Source of the DNA: a bacterium | GTDB taxonomy: Bacteria > UBA10199 > 2-02-FULL-50-16 > JAJFLM01 | Length of the DNA: 64,000 nucleotides | Direction of reading: 5' to 3' | Assembly: GCA_965216315.1 (NCBI GenBank) | Contig: CBDCFN010000016.1 | Span: 1,946,181 to 2,010,180 of the forward strand | Shown here: in pieces, positions 20,201 to 27,862 of the stretch | Position numbering within the stretch: the stretch's first letter is position 1 | Layout of the letters: the number at the start of each line of letters is the position of its first letter | Notes under the pieces: generated by a model | Told to the model about the DNA's origin: nothing | The model's input: the letters and a program-made list of their open reading frames with translations, nothing else | Database searches by the model: none | Made by a program: the position numbers and the translations under genes

Positions 20201-20659
20201 TCTCCCTCTCTCGCTGGGTCTGCCAAGGTCGACACAAATCGGGTCTATACAGGATCTCGCATCGATCTGCCGGGCGGGCTCAAATTGAATTATTTGATTA
20301 GCAGTCCCAAGGCTCCGGCCAAGGTTCACGGGAGCCGCATTTCGGCCTGGAAACTTGAACCGTCCCCACAAATGAATGATTTCTCCGACAATACCGGCTA
20401 CTGGTTGGTTATCCCGGCGAAGCAAGGCGGCTTCTTCGTCTTGCGTGCTGGCATCCTGAACTCAAGCTCCGGAAGCGACAGTACGGGAACCGTCGCGGAA
20501 ACCGGTCGTAAAGGCGTCGTTAATTTCATGGAGGCCATCGTCACCTCAGCACTTGAATATCAACGCACTGGTAAACGCACGGCCTGGAAGAGCAGCATGG
20601 GCCGTGTCCTCGATTATCAAGTCGGCCAAGTCCTCAACGAGTCCGGCAAGCCCCTCTAA
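14255..20659 (+). CDS. Giant orphan protein (2134 aa), beta-rich with a Lys-rich C-terminal half; no recognisable domain or signal peptide
   Basis: Single uninterrupted 6.4-kb ORF. The TTG start in the ORF track is doubtful: ATG 14261 or GTG 14471 are possible, and the first ~70 codons overlap a region open in four frames. Confidence 0.7.
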   Translation: MSMGDGAIPKGSNSPGDNSIQPTDQRNVVGTNSAGPSTAFQSQPQLPIDGFLDISLSGRLPHRGKDGRGPWFVDRHRSLERFGGEFAVRGGPFEVNGKLPIRNGFLDLSGNILNLTGLKFYDVGGGTVSGNLWSADGALFTAKRISLDENGVPRLYGSTLFGAPFDDKLRIVGNNPYVFPYGLNAGGELICHANNRDTVVTPFAASSSLRDNGLPSSWALTSMLGLGDEMKDVANTVSDAGILELYSMVFHQSTSDLEYARSELTNYQQTISQMDAASFRVFYGQLYELDDGRLSRIPDDFLNKAHAAFAKDLIFNAAPRGCRPDPSFDISNMPDWMKNDPLMLIDNARINGDFAFTDSHIRLPSLQGKPPVSVLLGGGVTKATVDVSYKNPELIAWKGGERDKATLANLRHEREFNAAIKTQFDIVSVKLGDKELRIPLSGNMDLTAQLKGLFPTRKPENLTAYIMMNGLVTLNGDIVVPALDGMPEIKIERGKGTNQVSAKNFSLTHKNGLITVGGELDAHFNFNKLQIGNITAPGPHNIDLSVKADEKAVVMELGGRMTLPRSGYPIPLQVALSRGYLELDKLKVVIDNPSSIDNVKGTFGGTIALKDLAGTVDSHPVTANAAVTIKDGRFTFKQGQIDADFKLGIDAKGTINNQGVDIQLQSDVGIHDSGVCQVDGTSLSWRHIGMQNVGGSIKANFNGIGIDAPKGSFGDGTVAEFDGQVISPGIHMKADVDGPRFGLFATTTINTQVKGVQIATPQGKFEISGQLVGTMKFVNISKDPKVPDFKPVVGSMRFELRNGQVAMIEGGSKLNVLNGATLEIKDNDQGVFSLIAHNRINLGGAMAKFGLGDIRKTLGLPGSVSNHLKISEIKIDPAGIHQHYPEMTPAVFGLANDPLLKIGPTGNEQWHQTNPPDFCPADPTTYSTQPVATYYDPGTIDTINIPSIILRATGGGTTLLSAHGGAKISGLTTDEPKAKYHLGTTLKGRKFKLPQGEVKVGSSYLYLSGVNEKVGLSLRPPREIKVDVKHTQDGITYEVKGTLKPKGRIHASVNLKGKSITIHKPKNPHSFSGDVEIVAKDSTGKIIGSGKVGLETKYKVSGTAGTARARFDISVPSTILSGELTHPVTTQGITIAKGLRFKIPITGFKGKISADFTNSNNPSMTSTWTLPSVGSGDSVPEVTIPGIQLAGLGEKGHLQDMTVNFHLNPKGQQVKVDASKTGGITFRALPGPSGKPRKIELSFAVDEKGNKVKIAGTSTSSALVSGNVLPNGEIKIDVSQLLVDSKTNGAVKQPVQLDLNGLNTLAKLPGLQVYFNPQTKKVRFVVKAAPYKMPAQPKSFQDFFKWTPQQWKKYYADVNKQQHLLRMSEPNVDALRKGAGLHIPAGKGDILVNLKKSIDITFPLDNQLASKVTAGLNAVLDIRRAQPAPPPCNKRCPAIILSHNQDPKGVLYFTETLDSKGQPRIHPDLPGLLEKGLGIKRDDVDKLLQDRRIGLPEVIDHVYKDKNVSRYFSKADIESLLKTYLTSPVPNGTFRQMALRSLVTLATIRKIGDLNKPHNKRLPVHGHVFGPDSYHSVSKGDGSNMQFLGVLPVDPAKLETIFKNPRLMGKWDHWVDQIKVTGNVVSGRLLRKYKFTVTTTTAREGNIRLIHFHLKPKKGDKMKAYTRTVRLVPVKNVKDPKTGRVIKQGTLVMMDEHADFEGRDTDLPFPRTRIPVKPKIAWKGFLEGTLRVVEPPTSNVSKHGMNRFAVSASNLLALAKGAKPALSYDSSRGSQSKTVRRVDFLTMGQNKSSQWVLKIDQNARSNDVQPYFKALGIPDAKINQWINKKELPLDDLRTLSGLDQYLDEASFRALAHATLNPSSSQFGSTTERYFVTLGHFKKRAKALQTRSGKQLKGDIIVFKDSRFHPKISQKSRRQGDTVDSLGFYYIPGTLNWRGTNMKLDIDKFTGTIHHAEDYARLDGGNFGSSKVIPHATLSDPSKSPSLAGSAKVDTNRVYTGSRIDLPGGLKLNYLISSPKAPAKVHGSRISAWKLEPSPQMNDFSDNTGYWLVIPAKQGGFFVLRAGILNSSSGSDSTGTVAETGRKGVVNFMEAIVTSALEYQRTGKRTAWKSSMGRVLDYQVGQVLNESGKPL

Positions 20660-20717
20660 TCCGCGGGGCTAAATAGCTCTAGCCTTATCCAGTCGAGTCC
20701 CTTAGTATTTCGCCCTC

Positions 20718-21386
20718 ATGGCTTCCACCTCCGTGCGCCATTTCAAAAGGTCTGCATTGATAGCGGCCGTTATCAATGGAATTGCCGCCTTATTAATGTT
20801 GGTCGCCCTTCGAGACGGACTCTTACCGAGTATCGACATCAATATCCGAGTCGCTTACATCAATGATCATCCGCTCCTCTGGAAATTATCCTGGTGCTGT
20901 TGGATTTTTGCGGCCATCAGCTTGATATATTTCTTTATTCAGTGGGGGCTCTGGCTGGATGAACATTCACAGCGAAAAAATCGAACATTGCTGGTTCCGG
21001 GGGTCCTGATAGGCTGTCTTGGACTCGCCGCGGATACAATCGCTGAAATCCTTTATATTGCTTATATCCCACAGCTCGCACGCGCGCTTCTCATCCCCGA
21101 GTTAGAGCGACTGGAGCCATTCGTCGCGATGATGACGGGATTCTTAGGGAATGGCTTGTATTGCATCGGCGGCCTGTTCCTGACCACCGCGGCCTTAAAG
21201 AGCCTCCAACCTGTCAGGCGCTGGTTTGCTATGAGCCTCCCCGTATGGATCTTTGGCTTAGGCCTTTCGTGGAGTGCCTTCACTGAGTCAGCTATGGGCA
21301 TGCAAGTCACGACGGCCCTTACGATGACAACCTTTATTATCTGGGCAGGCTGTATTGGGTTCTTTTTTCCCAATCGAATTAAATAA
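20718..21386 (+). CDS. Polytopic membrane protein, unknown function
   Basis: 222 aa with about 6 hydrophobic segments. Its stop lies 2 nt before the next start. Confidence 0.65.
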   Translation: MASTSVRHFKRSALIAAVINGIAALLMLVALRDGLLPSIDINIRVAYINDHPLLWKLSWCCWIFAAISLIYFFIQWGLWLDEHSQRKNRTLLVPGVLIGCLGLAADTIAEILYIAYIPQLARALLIPELERLEPFVAMMTGFLGNGLYCIGGLFLTTAALKSLQPVRRWFAMSLPVWIFGLGLSWSAFTESAMGMQVTTALTMTTFIIWAGCIGFFFPNRIK

Positions 21387-21388
21387 AC

Positions 21389-22492
21389 ATGAGCACAGCG
21401 GTCGCGGTTATTGGAGGAACGGGTGTATTTGGACAGTACATCGTCGAAGGATTACTTCAAAGCCCGATTGATTTTTCAATAACTGTCGCCGCCCGAAACA
21501 AAAAAACATTCGATAAGGTCTTTTCCGTGGTTTCACCCCGACTAACGTTCCAAAGTGTCGATCTCACCAATCCCGCCTCACTAGAGCAGCTTTTAGACGG
21601 AATTCAAATCGTCATTCTCGCCGCGGGGCCGTTCCAGGGATTTACGTCACAACTGGCGCTCACTGCCAGCCGTATGGGTGTCCATTATATTGATATCTGC
21701 GATGATCCCGCTTACATCGAACGGCTCATCACCGTGTCCAAGGAACTCAATCAATCAAAAGCACTTCTTTTAAGCGGACTATCAAGCTTGCCCGGCATTT
21801 CGATGCGACTTATTGATATTGCGCATAATCGATTCGATCGGATTGACTCCGTTTCTATCGGTCTTTTTATCGGCAATAGTAATAAAAAAGGCCACGGAGC
21901 TGTCATGTCATCGCTTGACAGCCTCGACAAGACCGCTAGTGTTATTGAAAACGGGCAGCACAAAGAGATCCCTGTCTGGAGTGACAAGGAGCTGTATCTC
22001 TACCCGAAACCCATTGGAGTGATCCCCTCTTATTCCTTTAATTCACCCGATGCCCTCCTTGCCGCCCAGCATTTCAAGATTCGTGATTTACGGGTGAAAG
22101 TAGGATTTGAGTGGCGCCTGGCTCGCTGGTCCTTTTTGTTCTTCAAGCTTGCAACAAAATTTTGTAGCGTTCGACTGATTAAAGGCCTAGTCAGGGGCTT
22201 ATTTCCCCTGTTTAGCTGGTTTCATCGCTTCGGATCTGAACGAGGTTGTGTGAGCGTCATCATGCGTGGCCACCAACAAAATGAGATTAAAACAGTGCGC
22301 GCATCACTCCTTGGACTTGAGAAAGGACAGAGAATGGCCAGCCTCCCTGCCGTGATCGCGGCCGAGGCCATCGCTAACAACGAGGTTCGAGGAACAGGTC
22401 TGACTGACCTTATTAGTTGGCTCCCCAGTAAAGCATTTCTGGACAAGCTCCAACAGAAAGGCTTTGAGCTGCGGATCGAGGAACTTAACTGA
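21389..22492 (+). CDS. Saccharopine dehydrogenase-like NAD(P)-binding protein
   Basis: N-terminal Rossmann motif VAVIGGTGVFGQYIV; length and pattern resemble the Sacchrp_dh_NADP family. Tightly coupled to both flanking membrane-protein genes. Confidence 0.65.
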   Translation: MSTAVAVIGGTGVFGQYIVEGLLQSPIDFSITVAARNKKTFDKVFSVVSPRLTFQSVDLTNPASLEQLLDGIQIVILAAGPFQGFTSQLALTASRMGVHYIDICDDPAYIERLITVSKELNQSKALLLSGLSSLPGISMRLIDIAHNRFDRIDSVSIGLFIGNSNKKGHGAVMSSLDSLDKTASVIENGQHKEIPVWSDKELYLYPKPIGVIPSYSFNSPDALLAAQHFKIRDLRVKVGFEWRLARWSFLFFKLATKFCSVRLIKGLVRGLFPLFSWFHRFGSERGCVSVIMRGHQQNEIKTVRASLLGLEKGQRMASLPAVIAAEAIANNEVRGTGLTDLISWLPSKAFLDKLQQKGFELRIEELN

Positions 22493-22956
22493 TGTATGCC
22501 GCGCTTAAAATCATTCATATTCTGGCCCTCATCCTATGGCTGGGCCCGGCTATCGGCGCCTACTGGATCCTCCTGAAAATGGGAGACCATGTATCGAGCC
22601 AACAAAGGCTTGTCATGGAAAGAGCCTATGAATTCGTGCTGCGCGTTGAACACTTTGCTTTTCTCATTGTGATTGCGTCGGGATTAGGATTGCTTCATGT
22701 AATCGGGAGCGTATTCCTTAAAGTAGATTGGTTTCTCACCAAGCTCTACCTGATCGCTGGTATCGTTCTCATCGAAATCTTTGATATTTACTTATCTCAT
22801 TTTTTATTTCGAAGATTAATTCGGAAAAGTGGTGAACCTTCGAGTCAGGCATGGAAGCAATTTACCAAAAACAGAAACATTTTTTATTTTATCAGTGTTC
22901 CTATTCTTTTATTTTTGGTCATTGCCATTCTTTATCTGGTGATTTTCAAGCCCTAG
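22492..22956 (+). CDS. Small 4-TM membrane protein (HemJ/CopD-like topology)
   Basis: 154 aa with N-terminus MYAALKIIHILALILWLGPAIG. Its start overlaps the upstream stop (TGATG). Confidence 0.55.
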   Translation: MYAALKIIHILALILWLGPAIGAYWILLKMGDHVSSQQRLVMERAYEFVLRVEHFAFLIVIASGLGLLHVIGSVFLKVDWFLTKLYLIAGIVLIEIFDIYLSHFLFRRLIRKSGEPSSQAWKQFTKNRNIFYFISVPILLFLVIAILYLVIFKP

Positions 22957-22965
22957 CAAACATTC

Positions 22966-23562
22966 TTAGGAACGTTTTTTCTTGGGCTCTAAGCGAAAGG
23001 AATCAAAGAACGTCTGAATACTCGCCAAATCGGGTTTACTGTGGTCCGTCGTTGCGACCAGAACATACAACCGCTTCTGTACCAAATAAAACCGAGCCTG
23101 ACCGAGTTGAGAAGGCACTCGGCTACTATTCAGCACCTTAAAATCCATCTCAGCTGCAAAATAGGGCCCCCACTTGGTAATGCGAAAATCGCGAATTTCA
23201 CCTTTAGCCGCCTCAAGAAGTGCTTTCTTAGCCTCACGAAAGATCTTTTTATACCCTCCAAACATGACCGCTATGCCGGGTAGATCCGAATACGAGGCAT
23301 CAAGCTCGAGATTGTGCCCCCGCCAGCTAAACAGATGCTCTTCGATATCGCCCAGTGGGCTGTTGACTATTTCATAATGATAAGAGGCTTGGCCGGGCAA
23401 TAACATGCTGGCGCCTCCGGCCTCGGAGGTAAACCGTTCCCAGGAGCGCGACCGCGCAAAAGTAGCGCTGCTTAGTATGAGGCAAAGCAAAATAAGTAAG
23501 GAATATCGCCCTATTAGAAGTAGCGATTGGGTCATGCTTGATTGTACCGTGATCTTGCTCAA
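22966..23562 (-). CDS. Secreted hypothetical protein
   Basis: Signal-peptide-like LLILLCLILSSATFA near the N-terminus; no recognised domain. Confidence 0.55.
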   Translation of the reverse strand: MSKITVQSSMTQSLLLIGRYSLLILLCLILSSATFARSRSWERFTSEAGGASMLLPGQASYHYEIVNSPLGDIEEHLFSWRGHNLELDASYSDLPGIAVMFGGYKKIFREAKKALLEAAKGEIRDFRITKWGPYFAAEMDFKVLNSSRVPSQLGQARFYLVQKRLYVLVATTDHSKPDLASIQTFFDSFRLEPKKKRS

Positions 23563-23573
23563 AAGAGGAGCAA

Positions 23574-24362
23574 TTAATCGCGACCGGGGTATTTTCCTGC
23601 CAACGCCGCGCGAATAATGTCGAGAACATCCGAACTGAAATCAGCTTTGTCCGCCATCCACTGCAAATAGTTACGTTGATGCGCGACCATATCGCGTAAA
23701 CGCATCCCTTTATGTTTACCGAAATTAATGACCGCCTCACCAGCCACCCAGACGAACTTGCCATTATAATCGACATAACGCGGATTCTTTTCGTGACAGT
23801 AATCGTGGAGACCTGTGCCGTCCGCTGGAAGGTCATACCGAGTCACCTGCGCCAATAGAATTTCAGCCGTCGCCTCGGCATCGGCCAATGCAGTATGGGC
23901 ATTACCATGGTCGCGATCTAAATAATACTGTACTGCAGCAGATAGGTCGCGTCGTTCATTGCGATGATAAATCGTCATCGCATCGATCAGCTTTCTGTCT
24001 TCCGCAAACCCTACGATGCCAGCATCTTCGAATTCACGGACCAAAATCGGCAGGTCAAACTTTTCCATATTAAAACCGGCGAGGTCACAGGCATCGAGCA
24101 TTTCGAAGATCTTCGGAGCCAACTGCGCAAACGAGGGCTGATCCTTTACCATCTCATCAGAAATGCCATGAATTTCCGTTGCCTCTTTGGGAATAGGAAT
24201 GCCGGGATTGATCAGCAGCTCTTCACGGACGTCGATGACTCCCTCCGCATTGAGGCGTACCATTCCAAATTGGACGATCTTGGTTGTAGCGACGTCTACG
24301 CCGGTTGTCTCCAGGTCAAAGACGGCGATCGGCCGAGTCAGCTTGAGAGGCCCGTCAGACAT
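23574..24362 (-). CDS. DEDDh 3'-5' exonuclease (DnaQ/epsilon-like) with a DUF3820-like C-terminal extension
   Basis: ExoI motif VFDLETTG, ExoIII motif HTALADAEAT. C-terminal FGKHKGMRLRDM...YLQWM pattern. Confidence 0.85.
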   Translation of the reverse strand: MSDGPLKLTRPIAVFDLETTGVDVATTKIVQFGMVRLNAEGVIDVREELLINPGIPIPKEATEIHGISDEMVKDQPSFAQLAPKIFEMLDACDLAGFNMEKFDLPILVREFEDAGIVGFAEDRKLIDAMTIYHRNERRDLSAAVQYYLDRDHGNAHTALADAEATAEILLAQVTRYDLPADGTGLHDYCHEKNPRYVDYNGKFVWVAGEAVINFGKHKGMRLRDMVAHQRNYLQWMADKADFSSDVLDIIRAALAGKYPGRD

Positions 24363-24385
24363 ATCCTATCGGTAGCCTTTAGGCC

Positions 24386-25144
24386 TTGTGGATGTCTAAT
24401 GATTTCTCAGGGCAACTTTTCAGGGCGACGTGCGATAGGAGAGCCATGCACGTAGGCCCCCTAAACAGCATTTCGGCCGCTCTCCTGCAGGGCATTGCGG
24501 AGACGGTCACCTATCAGCACGTCGCCGAAGATTTGCTCAGACAGGCTGTCACCTTAGATGAAATCAGCCGACACGCGATTGTCTCCGGTTTCGGAGATAT
24601 CGATGATGCAACCGAAACCCTCACCCTCGATCCAAATCGCATCAAAGATCCGGATGCATTTCTACGGGCACAAGAAGTCTTTGATAAGGTTCGAAGCTAC
24701 GTTAACCACCTCGGAGAGCAGATCCCGCTGCTGGAAGATGTACTCTCCAAATTAGACTACTGGTCGCACAGCATGTCACATGTTTTTCACCTCTTCGACC
24801 AAACGCCACGGGTGATCGGCTACATCCACAATGTACAACGCAATCACATTTCCTACGAACCGGTCGAACGCTTTGATGTCCGCTATGCCCTCCAACACTA
24901 TCTCGGCCTGGCGCCGGACCCTGTTTTCGGTTCTGGCATTGCTTACACGGATCCACAGGTCATTGACACACTCACGCCGTTCGGTTTCGGCGTTACAGTT
25001 TACCTGAATATCGCGCTGAACCCGGATCTTATTGCGGAGGGAAGACTTCCCAGTCGCTTCGAATTTGGTAGGATCTCCAGGCCTGTCACTCCAGCCCCCG
25101 TCACTGTTGAATCCGACGGAACCATACGCTTAGCAGCCGTCTAG
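24386..25144 (+). CDS. Hypothetical protein
   Basis: 252-aa ORF with a GTG start only 23 nt from the divergent exonuclease start. ATG 24446, preceded by AGGAG, is the more likely start. Confidence 0.5.
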   Translation: MWMSNDFSGQLFRATCDRRAMHVGPLNSISAALLQGIAETVTYQHVAEDLLRQAVTLDEISRHAIVSGFGDIDDATETLTLDPNRIKDPDAFLRAQEVFDKVRSYVNHLGEQIPLLEDVLSKLDYWSHSMSHVFHLFDQTPRVIGYIHNVQRNHISYEPVERFDVRYALQHYLGLAPDPVFGSGIAYTDPQVIDTLTPFGFGVTVYLNIALNPDLIAEGRLPSRFEFGRISRPVTPAPVTVESDGTIRLAAV

Positions 25145-25836
25145 CTACCATCAACAGTGAGGAAGCGGCCGCTGAGATATTTGAAGAGCTGAAATCCCAC
25201 GACAGTGATGATGACTAACGCAAAGGGGCCCCAGACCTGATAGTTCGCCCAGGTTGCCGGGTCAGCGAGGCTCATCTTTTGGCCGGCCGCACCGAAAGAT
25301 GTATATATAAAGGTGAGAGGTGCAACTCCTATAAGGGTCGCAAAAAAGAAATCTCGTAACTTGATCTTCGTCAGTCCCAGGCCATAGTGCAGGATCACCA
25401 CGGGAGTCAAAGGCGGTAAACGGAGCAAGAGAACCGAATGAAAGCTGGGGTTTTTAATATAATGCTCCCAGCGGCTGAGCCGTTCCGAGCGCGGCAACCA
25501 TTTTTCAATACCACCTCTTCCCAACCAACGAGCTAACAAGAAGCAAATCGTTCCGCTCAGCATGGCACTCGTCAAATTCACCAGCGTTCCCATCAACACC
25601 CCAAAAAGCAATCCCCCGGTGACCGTCAAAATGAAACGTGGAAAAAAAAAGGTCGTGGCCACGACATAAAAAGCGCCATAACAAAGCGGGGCATATATTC
25701 CCTGGCTCCGAACCCATAATAGTAGCCCAGATAAGCCATCTTCAGCGAGATAGGTGCCGAGCGGTGTCAAAAAATAAAGCCCCGCAACAGTCAAGACCAG
25801 GGCCAGTAGAAACATCATGCGATAGAGAGGGCTCAT
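25141..25836 (-). CDS. TVP38/TMEM64 (DedA-related, SNARE-associated) membrane protein
   Basis: 231 aa, polytopic, with the family-typical FFFPRFILTVTGGLLFG segment. Confidence 0.75.
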   Translation of the reverse strand: MSPLYRMMFLLALVLTVAGLYFLTPLGTYLAEDGLSGLLLWVRSQGIYAPLCYGAFYVVATTFFFPRFILTVTGGLLFGVLMGTLVNLTSAMLSGTICFLLARWLGRGGIEKWLPRSERLSRWEHYIKNPSFHSVLLLRLPPLTPVVILHYGLGLTKIKLRDFFFATLIGVAPLTFIYTSFGAAGQKMSLADPATWANYQVWGPFALVIITVVGFQLFKYLSGRFLTVDGS

Positions 25837-25848
25837 GGAAAACGTCGC

Positions 25849-26274
25849 TTACTTGGCAAATCTCCTAACTATCCAGGAATCCACGGAAAACTTGCCCGGT
25901 CCCGTCACCAACAGCGTCAGATAAGGAATTAAATACAGGAGCGCAAATTCCTGTTTCGAAAAGGGATCGTCGGCGTGAATAATAAAAATCGCGACCAGCA
26001 TCGTAAAAGCGAGCGGAATCGCGGCCAGTCGCGTCAACAAACCAATCACTAGAGCTAATGAACAAAAAAATTCCGCGGACCCGGCCAAAAACAACGACGC
26101 CGCCGGTCCGATCCCGATCGGGTCGGCAAATTTTACCTCGCCGGCCTGAAAAAAGGCCTCGATCTTGCCCCAGCCGTGTGAAAACGCCATCATTAGCCCC
26201 ACACTGACCCGCAACAATAACAGGCCCAGGTCACTCGCCGAACCGGCCTTATCAGGCACCAAACAATTCATCAT
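25849..26274 (-). CDS. DoxX family membrane protein
   Basis: LGLLLLRVSVGLMMAFSHGWGKI is a typical DoxX N-terminus; 141 aa, 4 TM segments. Confidence 0.8.
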   Translation of the reverse strand: MMNCLVPDKAGSASDLGLLLLRVSVGLMMAFSHGWGKIEAFFQAGEVKFADPIGIGPAASLFLAGSAEFFCSLALVIGLLTRLAAIPLAFTMLVAIFIIHADDPFSKQEFALLYLIPYLTLLVTGPGKFSVDSWIVRRFAK

Positions 26275-26416
26275 TGTATCTCCCCTCGCTTTCCTATATA
26301 CCGCTCATCTAAATAGCGGCACCAAAAAAAATGAAACCATCTCCTAACTACATAAGGCTAAACGGTGCTATCTGGCCAGAAAAACCTTGTCACGTTAAAC
26401 CAAATTACTAATTTTC

Positions 26417-27859
26417 ATGTTTTTACGGAACAAAGTTCAACTTCTCGCGTATCCGAACCGCATAGGTAGTAATCTCAAAGATTTACGGCTGTTTTTGGAT
26501 CGCTATTTATCCAAATCTGTCGGCGGGGTGCACATTTTACCCTTTTATCCTTCAAACGCTGATAATGGGTTTTCACCCCTGACACATCTTGAAGTTGACC
26601 CTCAATTCGGAACCTGGCGCGATATAGAAGCAATCGCCAAGAAATATGATCTTTGTGCCGATCTCACTATCAACCACATCTCCGACGAATCCGCTGAATT
26701 TCTTGACTTCATCAAGCACGGGTACAAATCAAAATATGCGGATCTGTTCGTGCATGTTCATAAACTCGGTAATTTCAGCACGGACGATATGGCTAAAATT
26801 CATATCCGCAAGGAAAAGGAACCTTTCAGAGATGTCTATTTTAAGAACGGTAAACAGGGTCAAGTCTGGTGCACTTTTACAACTCATCAAATTGACCTTA
26901 ACTATGAGAGCCGGAACACATTTGCTTTAATGAAAAAATATATGAAGTTTCTGGCCGGAAAAGGAGTCAAACTTTTCAGGATGGATGCGTTCGGATACAT
27001 CACGAAACAGCGGGGTACGAGTTGTTTTTTTATTGAACCACAAATCTATGACCATCTGGAATGGTTTAAAAGTACAGCCGCCCAGTATCAGACCGCAATT
27101 CTCCCCGAAGTTCATGACCATCCGAGTTTTCAAAGGGCCTTAAGCAACCGGGGAGCTTATTCTTATGGATTTGCGCTGCCCCCACTCCTTTTGTACTCGA
27201 TACTTGATTGCAACAGCAAATATCTAAAAGAATGGCTCAGAGCTTGTCCCCCCAACCAGGTAACCGTATTGGATACGCACGATGGAATATGCATTCCGGA
27301 CGTGGAAGACCTTTTACCTGAAGATAAAATAGACGCCGTGGTGCAGAACGTCTCCGAAAGGAGTGCTGACCCGATCCTGCGCCGTTCCGCGGCTAATGTC
27401 CACAGTGTTGGGGCTATCTATCAATTAACAACGACTTTTTATGACGCTCTCAAGAGAAATGACGATGCCTATATTGTCGCACGTGCCATCCAACTGTTCA
27501 CGCCGGGCATTCCTCAAGTATACTATGTCGGACTTTTGGCTGGTGAGAATAATATTGAACTCATGGAAGAAACAGGCTCCGTCAGAAATATCAACCGACA
27601 TTATTTTACGAATGAAGATATCAATAAAGCATTCAAGAAAAAAGTCGTTAAACGATTATTGCGTGTCATGGAATTCAGAAACAACTACCCCGCCTTTAAT
27701 GGCCGATTTGACCTGCACTATTCAAATGATTCCAGCCTGATAGTTTCTTGGACTAAAAACAAGCATTCCTGCAAATTATCCGTGGATTTTAATTTCAATA
27801 AAGCCATTCTCCATTATTTTGATAAGGCGACTAAAAAAACGAAAAAAATAACCCTCTGA
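26417..27859 (+). CDS. GH13_18 sucrose-phosphorylase-family glycoside phosphorylase (possibly glucosylglycerol/glucosylglycerate phosphorylase)
   Basis: 480 aa. Family pattern GGVHILPFYPS...DNGFSP, nucleophile context FRMDAFGYI, acid/base context LPEVHD. Confidence 0.85.
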   Translation: MFLRNKVQLLAYPNRIGSNLKDLRLFLDRYLSKSVGGVHILPFYPSNADNGFSPLTHLEVDPQFGTWRDIEAIAKKYDLCADLTINHISDESAEFLDFIKHGYKSKYADLFVHVHKLGNFSTDDMAKIHIRKEKEPFRDVYFKNGKQGQVWCTFTTHQIDLNYESRNTFALMKKYMKFLAGKGVKLFRMDAFGYITKQRGTSCFFIEPQIYDHLEWFKSTAAQYQTAILPEVHDHPSFQRALSNRGAYSYGFALPPLLLYSILDCNSKYLKEWLRACPPNQVTVLDTHDGICIPDVEDLLPEDKIDAVVQNVSERSADPILRRSAANVHSVGAIYQLTTTFYDALKRNDDAYIVARAIQLFTPGIPQVYYVGLLAGENNIELMEETGSVRNINRHYFTNEDINKAFKKKVVKRLLRVMEFRNNYPAFNGRFDLHYSNDSSLIVSWTKNKHSCKLSVDFNFNKAILHYFDKATKKTKKITL

Positions 27860-27862
27860 TTC

